In this document: piece after piece, positions 39,319 through 60,400 of the stretch
Layout: every line of letters begins with the position of its first letter
Position numbering within the stretch: the first letter of the stretch is position 1
Origin: the human T2T-CHM13v2.0 reference genome, Homo sapiens
Assembly: GCF_009914755.1 (NCBI RefSeq)
Contig: NC_060944.1
DNA length: 64,000 nucleotides
Direction: 5' to 3' (one strand)
Translations under genes and position numbers: made by a program
Notes under the pieces: model-generated
Database searches by the model: none
What the model saw: the letters and a program-made list of their open reading frames with translations, nothing else
What the model was told of the DNA's origin: nothing

Positions 39319-42300
39319 ACTGTTCAATGGGAAGAAACTTTTACTTGAGTGTGATGAATGCACACGTCACAAAGGAGTTACTCAGAAAACTTCTTTCTAC
39401 TTTCAATGTGAAGATATTTCCTTTTTCACCATGTGCCTCAACGCACTCCCAGATATCCCTTTGCAGATTCTACAAAAAGACTGTTTCCAAACTGCTCAAT
39501 AAACAAAATGGTTCAACCCTGTGAGACGAATGTGCACATCACAAAGAAGCTTCTCAGAAGACTTCCTTCTTGTGTTTATGTGAAGATATTTCCTTTTTGA
39601 ACATAGGCCTCAATGCACTCCCAAATATACCTTTGCAGAATCTACAAAAAGACTGTTTCCAAAGTGCTCAATCAAAAGAAAGTTTCAACTCTGTTAGATG
39701 AATGCACACATCAGAAAGTAGTTTCTTAGCAAGCTTCTCACTAGTTTTTATGTGAAAATAGTTCCTTCTTCAACGTGAGTCTCAAAGCACTCAAAAATAT
39801 CCCTTTGCAGACTCTAGAATAACAGAGTTTACAAACTGCTCAATGAAAAGAAACGTTTACCTCTGTGAGATGAATACACATATCTTAAAGCAGCTTCTCA
39901 GAATGCTTCTTTCTAGTTTTTATGTGAAGATATTTCCTTTTTCACCATGGTCCTCAAAGCGCTCTAAATATCCCTTTGCAGATTGTACAAAAAGACTGTT
40001 TCCAAACTGCTCAATCAAAAGAAATGTTAAACTCTATGAGATAAATGCACACATCACAAAAGGTTTCTCGGAAAACTTTTGTCTAGTTTTTATATGAAGA
40101 TAATTCCTTATTCACCATAGGCCTCAAAGCACTACAAATATCCCTCTGCAGATTCTACAAAAAGACTGTTTGCAAACTGCTCAATCCAAAGAATGTTTCA
40201 ACTCTGTGAGATGAATGCACACACCAAAAGAAGTTTCTCAGAAACTTTCTTTATGGTTTTTCTGTGAAGATATTTCCTTTTTCACCATAGGCCTCAAAGC
40301 CCTCACAAATATCCCTTTGCAGATTCTACAAAAAGACTGTTTCCAAACTGCTCAATAAAAAGAATTATTGAATACTGTGAGATGAATGCACACAGCTCAA
40401 AGAAGTTTCTCAGAATCCTTCAGTCTGGTTTTTATGTGAATATATTTCCTTTTACACCATAGGCCTCAAAGCACTCCAAATATCCATTTGCAGATTCTAC
40501 AAAAAGACTGTTTCCAAATGGCTCAATCAAAACAAAGATTCAACTCTGTGTGATGAATGCACACATCACGAAGAAGTTTCTCAGAATGCTTCTGTCTCGT
40601 TTTTATGTGAAGATACTTGCTTTTTCACCATAGGCCTCAAAGTGCTCACAAATATCCCTTTACAGATTCTACAAAAATACTTTTTCCAAATTGCTCAATC
40701 AAAAGAAAGTTTCAACTCTGTGAGATGTATGCACACCACAAAGAGGTTTCTCAGAAAACTTCTCTCTAGTTTTTATGTGAAGATATTTTCTTTTTCACCA
40801 TAGGCCTCAAAGTACTCACAAATATCCCTTTGAAGACTCTAGAAGAACAGTTTCCAGACTGACCAGAGAAAAGAAACGTTTACCTCTGTGAGATGAATGC
40901 ATACATCACAAAGCTGTTTCTGAGAAACCTTGTTTATACTTTTTATGTGAATATATTTCCTTTTTCACCATAGGTCTCAAAGCACTCATAAATATACCTT
41001 TACAGATTCTACAAAAAGACAGTTTCCCAACTGCTCAGTCAAAAGAATTGTTGAACTCTGTGAGATGAATGCATACATCACAAAGCAGTTTGTCAGAATT
41101 CTTTAGTCTAGTTTTTATGTGAAGATATTTTCTCTTTCACCATAGGCCTCAAAGCGCTCAGAAATATCCCTTTACAGATTTCACAAAAAGACTTTTCCAA
41201 ACTGCTCAATCAAAACAAAGTTTCAATTCTGTGAGATAAATGCACACATCACCAAAAAGTTTCTCAGTATGCTTCTGTCTAGTTTTTATGTGAAGACAAT
41301 TCCTTTTTCACCATAGGGCTCTATGCACTCAAAAATACCCCTTAGCAGATTCTAAAACAACAGAGTTTCCCAAATGATCAAAGAAAAGAATCTTTTTCCT
41401 CTGTGAGATGAATGCAGACATCACAAAACAGTTTCTCAGAAAACTTCTTTATAGTTTTCTGTGAAGATACTACTTTTTCTGCATAGGCCTCAAAATGCTC
41501 ACAAATATCCATTTGCAGATTCTGTAAAAATACTGGTTCCAAACTGCTGAATCAAAAGAGAGGTTCAAATCTGTGAGATGAATGCACATATCACAAAGAA
41601 GTATCTCAGAAACTTTCCTTATAATTTGTATGTGAAGATATTTCCTTTGTCAACATAGGCCTCAAAGTGATCAAAAATACCCTTTTTCAGATTGTACAAG
41701 AACAGAGTTTCCAGACTGATCAGAGAAAAGAAATGCTTACCTCTGTGAGATGAATGCACACATCACAAGGCTGTTTTTAGGAAACCTGCTTCACAGTTGT
41801 TATGTGAAGATACTTCCTTTTCCACCATTGGCCTCACAGCATTCCAAATATCCACTTGCAGATTCTACAAAAAGAGTGTTTCAAAACTGCTCAATCAAAG
41901 GAAAGGTTGAACTCTGAGATGAATGCAAACATCACAAAGAAGTTTCTCAGAATGCCTCTGTCTAATTTTTATGTTAAGGTATTTCCTTTTCCACCATAGG
42001 CATCAAAGTGCTCCAAATATCCACATGCAGATAGGACAAAAAGACTGCTTCCAAACTGCTCAATCAAAAGTGTGGTTCAACTCTCTCAGATGAATACACA
42101 CATCACTAAGAATGCTTCTGTCTAGTTTTTATATGAAGATATTTCCTTTTCCAACATAGGCCTCAAATCGCCCCAAATACCCACTTGCAGATTCTACAAA
42201 AAGAGTATTTCAAAACTGGTCAATCAAAAGAAAATTGGAACTCGGTGAGATGAATGCACACATCACAAAGAAGTTTCTCAGAATGCTTCTGTCTAGTTTT

Positions 42301-45300
42301 TATGTGAAGATATTTCCTTTCCCACTCTAGGCCCCAAAGCGCTCCATATATGCAATTGCAGATTCTACAAACAGACTGTTTCAAAACTGCTCAATCAAAA
42401 GAAACGTTCAAGTCTGTGAGTTCAATACACATATCACAAAGAAGTTTCTCAGAATGCTTCTGTCCAGTTTTTATGTGGAGATATTTCCTTTTCCAACATT
42501 GGGCTAAAAGCGACACAAATATCCACTTGCACATTCTACAAAAAGAGTATTTCAAAAATGCTCAATCAAAACAAAGGCTCAACACTGTGAGATGAATGCA
42601 CACATCACAAAGCAGTTTCTCAGAATGCTTCTGTTGAGTTTTTATGTGAAGATATTTCCTTTTCCACTAGAGTCCACAAAGCGCTCCAAATATCCAATTT
42701 CAGATTCTACAAAAAGAGTGTTTCAAAACTGCTCAAACAAAAGAAAGATTCAACTCTGTGAGTTGAATGCACACAGCACAAAGAAGTCTCTCAGATTGTT
42801 TCTGCCTAGTTTTCATGTGAAGATATTCCCTTTTCCACCATAGGCCCCAAAGTGCACCAAATATCCACTTGCAGATTCTACAAAAAGTGTGTTTCAAAAC
42901 TGCTGAATCAAAAGAAAGGTTCAACTCTGTTAGGTGAATGCACACATTACAAAGAAGTTTCTCAGAATGCTTCTGTCTAGTTTTTATGTGGAGATATTTC
43001 CTTTTCCACTAGAGGCTGCCAAGTGCCAAAATATCCACTTGCAGATACTACAACAAGAGTGTTTCAAAACTGCTCTATCAAAAGAAATGTTCAACTCTTT
43101 GAGGTAATGCACACATCACAAAGAAGTTCCTCAGAATGCTTCTGTCTAATTTTTATGTGAAGATATTTCCTTTTCCACCATAGGCCTTAAAGCACTCCAA
43201 ATATCGAATTGCAGATACTACAATAAGACTATTCCCAAGCTGCTCAAACAAAACAGGTGTTCAACTCTGTGAGTTGAATGCACACTTAACAAAGAAGTTT
43301 CTCAGAATGCTTCTGTCTAGTTTTTATGTGAAGATATTTCCTTTTCCATCGTAGGCCACCAATGGCTCCAAATATCCACTTGCAGATTGTACAAAAAGAG
43401 TGTTTCAAAACTGCTGAATCAAAACAAAGGTTCAACTCTGTGAGATGAATGCAAACATCACAAAGAAGTTTCTCAGAAAGCTTCTGTCTAATTTTTATAT
43501 TAAGGTATTTCCTTTTCCACCATAGGCCTCAAATCATTCCAAATATCCACTTGAAGATTCTACAAAAAGAGCGTTTCAAAACTTCTCAATCAAAAGAAAA
43601 GTCCAATTCTGTGATAGGAATGCACACATCACAATGAAGTTTCTCAGAATGCTTCTGTGTAGTTTTTATGTGAAGATATTTCCTTTGAACGTAGGCCTCA
43701 AAGCGCTAAAAATCCAATTGCAGATTCTACAAAAAGAGTTTTTCAAAATTGCTGAGTCAAAAGAAACCTTCAACTCAGTGAGATGAATGCACCCATCAAA
43801 AAGAAGGTTCTCAGAATGCTTCAGTCTAGTTTTTATGTGAAGATATTTCCGTTTCCAGTAGAGGCCGCAAAGTGCTCCAAATATGCACTTGAAGATTCTC
43901 TAAAAAGAGGGTATCAAAACTGCTCAATGAAAAGAAAGGTTTAACTATGTGAGGTCAATGCACATATCACAAAGAAGTTTCTCAGAGTGCTCTTGTCTAG
44001 TTTTTATGTGAAGATATTTCCTTTTCCACCATGAGCCTCAAAGCACTCCAAATATACATTTGCAGATACTAGAGAAACACTGTTTCCAAACTGCTCAATC
44101 AAAAGGAAGTTTCAACTCTGAGAGTTTAATGCATACATCACAAAGAAGTTTCTCAGAATGCTTCTCTGTAGTTTTTATGTGAAGTTATTTCCTTTTCCAC
44201 CATAGGCCTCATAGCACTCCAAGAATCCAATTGCAGATTCTACAAAAAGCCTTTTTCCAAACTGCTGAATCAATAGAAAGGTTCAACTCTGTGAGTTGAA
44301 TGCACATACCACAAAGAATTTTCTCAGAATGCTTCTGTCTAGTTTTTAAGTGAAGATAGTTCCTTTTCCACCTTAGGCCTCAAAGAGATCAAATATCCAT
44401 TGCAGATTCTACAAAAAGTGTGTTTTAAAACTGCTCAATCCAAAGAAAGGTTTAACTCGGTGAGTTGAATGCACACATCACAAAGAAGTTTCTCAGAATG
44501 CTTCTGTCTAGGTTTTATGTGAAGATATTACCTTTTCCACTTTAGGCCACAAAGCTCTGTAATATCCACTTGAAGATTCTACAAAAAGAGTGTTTCAAAA
44601 CTGTTTAATGAAAAGAAATTTCAACACTTTGAGATGAATGCACACATCACAAAGAAGTTTCTCAGAATGCTTCCATCTAGTTTTTATGTGAAGATATTTC
44701 CTTTTCCACCATAGGCCGCAAAGCGCTCCAAATATCCACATGCAGATACTACAAAAAGACTGTTTCCAAACTGCTCAATAAAAAGAGTAGTTCAACTCTC
44801 CCAGATGAATGCAAACATCACGAAGTATCTCAGAATGCTTCTGTCAAGATTTTATGTGAAGATATTTCCTTTCCAAATATAGGCCTCTAAGCACTCCAAA
44901 TATACATTTGTAGATGCTACAAAAAGAAAGTTTCCAAACTTCTCAATAAAAAGATAGGTGCAACTCTGTGAGCTGAATGCACACATCTCAAAGAAGTTTC
45001 TCAGAATGCTTCTCTCTAGTTTTTATGTGAAGATATTTCCTTTTCCACCAGCGGCTGCAAAGCACTCCAAATATCCATTTGCAGATTCTACAAAAAAACT
45101 GTTTCCAAACTGCTCAATCAAAAGTAAGTTTCAGCTCTGTAAGAAGAAGGCACACATCACAAAGAAGTTTCTCAGAAACTTTCTGTCTAGTTTTTATATG
45201 AAATTACTTTTAGTTTCCCTAGAGGCCACAAAGGGCTCAGAAATATCCCTTTGCAGATTCTACAAAAGGACTGATTGAAAACTGCTCAATCTAAAGAATG

Positions 45301-48300
45301 GTTCAACTCTGTGAGATGAATGCACACAACAAAGAGAAGTTTCCCAGAATGCTTCTGTCTAGTTTTTATGTGAAGATATTTCTGTTTCCATCATAGGCCA
45401 CCAATCGCTCCAAATATCCACTTGCAGATCCTACAAAAAGAGTGTTTCAAAACTGCTCAATCCAAAGAAAGTTTCAACACTGTGAGACAAATGCACACAT
45501 CACAAAGAAGTTTCTCAGAATGCTTCTGTCTACTTTTTATGTGATGACATTAAATTTTCCACCATAGGCCTCAAAGCGCTCCAAATATCCAGTTGCAGAT
45601 CCTACAAAAAGTGTGTTTCAAAGCTGCTTAATTAAAAGAAAGTTTCAACTCTGTGAGATGAATGCACGCATCACCAAGAAGTTTTTCAGAATGCTTCTGT
45701 CTAGTATTTATGTGAAGATATTTCCTTTTCCAATAAAGGTCGCAAATGATGTAAAATACCCACTTGCAGATTCTACAAAAAGGGTGTTTAAAGACTGTTC
45801 AATCAAAAGAAAGATTAAACGTTGTGAGTTGAATTCACCCATCACAAACAAGGTTCTCAGAATGCTTCTGTCTAGTTTTTATATGAAGATATTTCCTTTT
45901 GCACCATAGGCCTAAAAGTACTCCAAATAACCACTTGCAGATTGCACTAAAAGTGTGTTTCAACACTGCTCAATTAAAAGAAAGTTTCAACTCTGTGAAA
46001 TGAATGCTAACAACATAAAGAAGTTTCTCAGAATGCTCCTGGTTAGTTTTTTTGTGAAGATATTTCCTTTTCCACCATAAGGCCCCAAAGCACTCCAAAC
46101 ATCCACTTGCAGATTCTACAAAAGGACTGTTTCAAAACTGCTCCATGAAAAGAAGGGTTCAACTCTGTGAGATGAATGCACACAACAGAAAGAAGTTTCT
46201 CAGAATGCTTCTGTCAATTTTTATGTGAAGATATTTCCTTTTCCACCAAAGGCCTCAATGCATTCCAAATATCCAATTGCAGATTCTACAAGAAGAGTGA
46301 TTCAAAACTGCTCAATCAAAAGAAAGTTTCAACTCTGTGAGTTGAATGCACACATCACAAATAAGTTTTTCAGAATGCTTCTGTGTAGTATTTATGTGAA
46401 GATATGTCCTTTTCCACCATAGGCCTCAATCCGCTCCAAATATCCATTTGCAGATACTACAAAAACAGTGTTTCAAAACTGCTCAATCAAAAGAAAGTTT
46501 CAACTCTGTGAGATGAATGTACACATGACAAAGAAGTTTCTCAGAATGCTTCTGTCTTGTTTTTATGTGAAGATATTTCCTTTTAAACCACAGGCTACAC
46601 AGCGCTCCAAATGTCCACTTGCAGATTCTGCAGAAGGAGTGTTTCAAAACTGCTCAATAAAAAGAAAAATTCAACTCTGTAAGATGAATGCACACATCAC
46701 AAACATGTTTCTCAGTTTCCTTCTGTCTAGTTTTTATGTGAAGATATTTCCTTTTACACCATTGGCCGCAAAGTGCTCCAAATATCCTCTTGCAGATTCT
46801 ACAAAGAGAGTGTTTCAAAACTGCTCAATCAAAAGACATGTTCAACACTGTGAGATGAATGCAAACATCACAAAGAAGTTTCTCAGAGAGCTTCTGTGTC
46901 GTTTTTATGTGAAGATATTTCCTTTTCCACCATAGGCCTCAAGGTGCTCCAAATATCCACTAGCAGATTATACAAAAAGAGTTTTTCAAAACTGCTCAAT
47001 CAAAAGAAATATTCAACTCTGTGAGATGAATACACACATCACAAAGAAGTTTCTCAAAATGCTTCTGTCTATTTTTTAAGAGAAGATATTTCCTTTTCCA
47101 CTAGAGGCCACAAAGCGCTCCAAATATACACTTGCAGATTCTACAAAAAGAGGGTTTCATAACTGCTCAATCAAAAGAAAGTTTCAACACTGTGAGGTGA
47201 ATGCACACATCAGAAAGAAGTTTCTCAAATTACTTCTGTCTAGTATTTTTGTGAAGATTTTTCCTTTTCCTCTATGCCTCAAACTGCTCCAAGTATCCAT
47301 TTGCAGATACTACAAAAAGAGTGTTTCAAAACTCCTCAATCAAAAGAAAGTTTCAACTCTGTGAGTTGAATGCACACATCACAAAGAAGTTTCTCACAAG
47401 TTTCTGCATAGTTTTTATGTGAAGATATTTCCTTTTCCACCATAGGCCGCAAAGTGCTCCAAATATCCACATGCAGAATCTACAAAAAGAGTGTTTCAAA
47501 ACTGCTCAGTCAAAAGAAATTTTGAACTCTGTGAGATGAATGCACACATCACCAAGAAGTTTCTCAGAATTCTTCTGTCTAGCTTTTATGTGAAGATATT
47601 TCCTTTTCCACCATAGGACTCAAAGCACTGTATATATCCACTTGCCAATTCTGCAAAAAGAGTTTCAAAACTGCTCAACCAAAAGAAAGGTTGAACTCTA
47701 TTAGATGAATGTGCACATCACAAAGAAGTTTCTCAGAAGGCTTGTGTCTTGTTTTTAAGTGAAGATATTTCCTTTTCCATCATAGGCCTCAATATGTTCC
47801 AAATATCCACTGGCAGATTCCAGAAAAAGAGTGTTGCAAAAGAGCTGAATCAAAAGAAAGTTTCAACTCCGTTAGATGAATGCACACATCACAAAGAAGT
47901 TTCTCAGAATGCTTCTGTCTAGTTTTTATGTGAAGATATTTCCTTTTCCACTCTAGGCCACAAAGCTCTCCAAATGTCCACTTGCAGTTTCTATAAAAAG
48001 AGTGTTTCTAAACTGCTCAATAAAAAAAAAGGTTCAAATCTGTGAGATGAATGCACACATTACAAAGAAGTTTCTCGGAATGCTTCTGTCTACTTTTTTT
48101 GTGAAGGTATTTCCTTTTACACTGTAGTCCTCAAAGCGCTCCAAATATCCATTTGCAGATACTACAAAAAGACTGTTTCCAAACTGCTCAATAAAAGGAA
48201 AGGTTCAACTCTGTAAGTTGAATGCTCATATCAGAAAGTAGTTTCTCAGAATGCTTCTGTCTAGTTTTAATGTGAAGATATTTCCTTTTCCACTATAGGC

Positions 48301-48760
48301 CGCAAAGTGCTGCAAATAGCCACTTTCAGATTCTAGAAAAAGAGGGTATGAAAACTGCTCAATCAAATGAAAGGTTCAATTCTGTGAGTTGAATGCATGT
48401 ATTGTAAAGAAGTTTCTCAGAATGCTTCTGTCTAGTTTTTTATGTGAAGATATTTCCTTTTCCACCTTAGGCCACATAGTGCCCCAAATATCCAATTGCA
48501 GATTCTACAAAAGGATTGTTTCAAAACCTGCTCAATCAAAGAAATGTTCAACTGTGTGAGATGAATGCAAACATCACAAAGAAGTTTCTCAGAATTCTTC
48601 TGTCTAGTTTTTATGTGAAGATATTTCCTTTTCCCCCAAAGGCCACAAAGTGCTCCAAATAGCCACTTGCAGATTCTACAAAAAGACTGTTTCAAAACTG
48701 CTCAATCAAAAGAAAGGTTCAACACTGTGAATTGTATGCACACATCAAAAAGCAATTTCT
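39319..48760 (-). repeat. Divergent monomeric alpha satellite, reverse orientation
   Basis: ~171-bp period (caactctgtgagatgaatgcacacatcacaaagaagtttctcagaatgc). Monomer type changes at ~41810. Confidence 0.97.
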
Positions 48761-49148
48761 ATGGTTTTAGGTTTAACATTTAGGTGTTTAATCTATCCTG
48801 AATTAATTTTTGTATAAGGTGTAAGGAAGGGTTCCAGTTTTAGCTTTCTACATATGGCTAGCCAGTTTTCCCAGCACCATTTATTAAATAGGGAATCCTT
48901 TCCTCTTTGCTTGTTTTTCTCAGGTTTGTCAATGATCAGATAGTTGTAGATATGCAGCATTATTTCTGAAGGCTTTGTTCTGTTCCATGGATCTATATCT
49001 CTGTTTTGGTACAAGTACCATGCTGTTTTGGCGACTGTAGCCTTGTAGTATAGTCTGAAGTCCAGTAGCGTGATACCTCCAGCTTTGTTCTTTTGACTTA
49101 GGGTTGACTTGGCAATGAGGGCTCTTTTTTGGTTATATGTGAACTTCA

Positions 49149-49469
<321 letters not shown>

Positions 49470-49472
49470 TTA

Positions 49473-55904
<6,432 letters not shown>

Positions 55905-56192
55905 AGGGTTGTTGAATTTTGTCAAAGGCCTTTTCTGCAACTATTGATATAATCATGTGGTTTTTGTCTTTGGTTCTGTTTATATGCTGGATTACATTTA
56001 TTGATTTGTGAATGTTGAACCAGCCTTGCATCCCAGGGTTGAAGACCACTTGATCATGGTGGATAAGCTTTTTGATGTGCTGCTGGATTTGGTTTGCCAG
56101 TATTTTATTGAGGATTTTTGCATCAATGTTCATCAAGGATATTGGTCTAAAATCCTCTTTTTTGGTTTTGTCTCTGCCAGGCTTTGTTATCA

Positions 56193-56348
<156 letters not shown>

Positions 56349-57453
56349 TTACCTTTCAGGACATAGGCATGGGCAAGGACTTCATGTCTAAAACACCAAA
56401 AGTAATGGCAACAAAAGCCAAAATTGACAAATGGGGTCTAATTAAACTAAAGAGCTTCTGCACAGCAAAAGAAACTATCATCAGAGTGAACAGGCAACCT
56501 ACAAAATGGGAGAAAATTTTCACAACCTACTCATCAAACAAAGGGCTAATATCCAAAATCTACAGTGAACTCCAACAAATTTACAAGAAAAAAACAAACA
56601 ACTCCATCAAAAAGTGGGTGAAGGACATGAACAGACACTTCTCAAAAGAAGACATTCATGCAGCTAAAAAACACATGAAAAAATGCTCACCATCACTGGC
56701 CATCAGAGAAATGCAAATCAAAACCACAGTGAGATACCATCTCACACCAGTTAGAATGGCATTCATTAAAAGGTCAGGAAACAACAGGTGCTGGGCAGGA
56801 TGTGGAGAAATAGAACACTTTTACACTGTTGGTGGGATTTTAAACTAGTTCAACAATTATGGAAGTCAGTGTGGCAATTCCTCAGAGATCTAGGACTAGA
56901 ATTACCATTTGACCCAGCCATCCCATTACTGGGTATATACCCAAAGGACTATAAATCATGCTGGTATAAAGACACATGCACACTTATGTTTATTGCATCA
57001 CTATTCACAATAGCAAATACTTGGAACCAACCCAAATGTCCAACAAGGATAGACTGGATTAAGAAAATGTGGCACATATACACCATGAAATACTATGCAG
57101 CCATGAAAAGTGATGAGTTCATGTCCGTTATAGGACATGGATGAAATTGGAAATCAACATTCTCAGTAAACTATCGCAAGGACAAAAATCAAACACCGCA
57201 TGTTCTCACTCATAGGTGGGAATTGAACAATGAGAACACATGGACACAGGAAGGGGAACATCACACTCTAGGGACTCTTGTGGGGTGGGAGGAGAGGGGA
57301 GGGATAGCATTAGGAGATATACCTAATGTTAAATGAGGAGTTAATGGGTTCAGCACACCAGCATGGCACATGTATACATATGTAACTAACCTGCACATTC
57401 TGCACATGTACCTTAAATCTTAAAGCATAAAAATAATAAAAAAAACAAAAAAC

Positions 57454-60400
57454 AAAAAGAAGTTTCTCAGAATACATCTGTCTAATTTTTATGTGAAGAT
57501 ACTTCCTTTTCCACTTTAAGACGCAAAGTTCTCCAAATATCCACATGCAGATCCTATTAAAAGAGTGTGTCAAAACTCCTCAATCAAAAGAAAAGTTCAA
57601 ATCTGTGAGATGAATGGACACATCAGAAAGAAGTTTCTCAGAATGCTTCTGTCTAATTTTTACGTGAAGACAACTCCTTTTCCACTATAGGCCACAAAGC
57701 ACTCCAAATATCCATTTGCAGATACTACAAAAAGACTGTTTCCAAACTGCTGAAACAAAAGAAATGCTCAACTCTGTGACATGAATGCACATATTACAAA
57801 GAAGTTTCTCAGAACGATTCTGTCTGGTTTTTATGTGAGAATATTTCCTTTTCCACCATAGGCCTCGAACTCCTCCAAATATCCAGTTGCAGATTCTACA
57901 AAAAGAGTGTTTCAAAACTGCTCAGTCAAATGAAAGGTTCAACTCTGTGAGATGAATGCACACATCACAAAGAGGTCTCTCAGAATGCTTCTGACTAGCT
58001 TTTACATGCAAATATTTATTTTTCCACTATAGGCTGCAGAGCTCTACAAATATCCATTTCCAGTACCACAAAACGAGTGTTTCAAAACTGCTCAATCAAA
58101 AGAAAGGTTCAACTCTGTGAGTTGAATGCACACATCACAAAGAAGCTTCTCAGAATGCTTCTGTATAGTGTTTATGTGAAGATATTTCCTGTTCCACCAA
58201 AGGCTACAAAGTGCTCCAAATATCCACTTGCAGATTCTACAAAAACAAAGTTTCAAAACTGCTCAATCAAAGGAAAGGTTCAACTCTGACAGATAAATGC
58301 TCACATCACAAAGATGTTTCTCTGAATGCTTCTGCCTAGTTTTATGTGAAGATAACTCCTGCTCCACGATAGGCTGCAAAGCGCTCCAAACACCCACTTA
58401 CAGATTCTACAAAAAGAGTGTTTCCAAACTGCTCAATCAAAAGAAAGGTTCAACTCTGTCAGATGAATGGGCACATCACAAAGAAGTTTCTCAGAATGCT
58501 TCTGTCTAGTTTTTATGTGAAGATATTTCCTTTTCCAACATAGGCCTCAAAGTGCTGCAAATACCCACTTGCAGATGCTTCAAAAAGACTGTTTCAAAAC
58601 TGCTCAGTCAAATGAAAGTTTCAACTCTGTGAGATGAATGCAAACCTCACAAAGAAGTCTCTCAGAATGCTTCTGACTAGTTTTTACATGCAGATATTTA
58701 TTTTTCCACTATAGGCTGCAGAGCACTACAAAAATCCATTTCCAGATAACACAAAACGAGCGTCTCAATACTGCTTAATCAAAAGAAAGGTTCAACTCTG
58801 TGAGTTGAATGCACACATCACAAAGAAGCTTCTCAGAATGCTTCTGTCTAGTTTTTATGTGAAGATATTTCCTTTTCCCCAAAGGCCACAAAGCGCTCCA
58901 AATATCCACTTGCAGATTCTACAAAAACAGTGTTTCAAAACTGCTCAATCAAAGGAAAGGTTCAATTCTGAGAGATAAATGTTCACATCACAAAGATGTT
59001 CCTCTGAATGCTTCTGCCTAGTTTTTATGTTAAGATTTCTCGTTTTCCATGATGGGCCGCAGAGTGCTCCAAACACCCACTTGCAAATTCTACAAAAAGA
59101 GTGTTACCAAACTGCTCAGTCAAAAGAAAGTTTCAACTCTGTGAGTTGAATATACACATCACAAAGTTTATCAGAATACTTCTTAGTAGTTTTTATGTGA
59201 AGATATTTCCTTTTCCACAATAGGCCTTGAAGCTCTCCAAATATCCACTTGCAGATTCTACAAAAACAGTGTTTCCAAACTGCTCAATCAAATGAAAGTT
59301 TCGACTGTGTGAGATGAATGCACACATCACAAAAAAGATTCTCAGAATGCTTCTGTGCAGTTTTTATGTGAAGATATTTCCTTTTCCACAACAGGCATCA
59401 AAGCGCTCCAAATATTCACTTGCAGATTCTACGAAAAGGGTGTTTCAAAACTCCTAAATCAAAATAAAGGTGCAACTCTGTGTGATGAATGCACACATCA
59501 CAAAGAAGTTTCTCAGAATGCTTCTGCGTAGTTCTTATGTGATGATATTTCCTTTTCCACCATAGGTCGCAAAGGGCTCCAAATATCCCCCTGCTGATTT
59601 TCCATAAAGAGTATTTCAAAACAGCTCAATCAAAAGAAAGTTTCAAGTCTGTGAGATGAATGCACACATCACAAAGAAGTTTCTCAGAATGCTTCTGTGC
59701 AGTTTTTGTAAAGATATTTACTTATCCAAAAGAGGCCTCAAAGCGCTTCAAATATCCACTTGCTGATTCTATAAAAAGGGTGTTTCAAAACTGCTCAATC
59801 AAAAGAAAAGTTCAACTCTGTGAGATGAATGCACACATCACAAAGAAGTTTCTGAGAATGTTTCTGTGTAGTTTTTATGTGAATATATTTTCTTTTGCAC
59901 AATAGGCCTCAAAGCGCTTCAAATATCCACTTGCAGATTCTATAAAAAGGGTGTTTGCAAACTGCTCTATCAAAAGAAACGTTCAGCACTGTGAGGTGAA
60001 TGTGCACATTACAAAGACGTTTCTCAGAATGCTTCTGTGTAGTTTTTATTTAGATAGGTTCAACACACTGAGTTGAAGGCACGTATCCCAAAGAAGGTTT
60101 TCAGAATGCTTCTGTGCAGTTTTTATGTGAAGATATTTCCTTTTCCACTATAGGCATCAAAGCGTTCCGAAGATCCACTTGCAGATTATACAAAAAGAGT
60201 GTTTCCAAACTGCTCAATGAAAAGAAAATTTCAACTCTGTGAGATGAATGGACACATCACAAAAAAGTTTGTCAGAATGCTTCTGTGTAGTTTTCATGTG
60301 AAGCTATTTTCTTTTCCACCATAGGCCTCATCATGCTCCAAATATCCACTTGCAGATTCTAAAAAAAGAGTGTTTCAAAACTGCTCCATCAAAAGAAATG

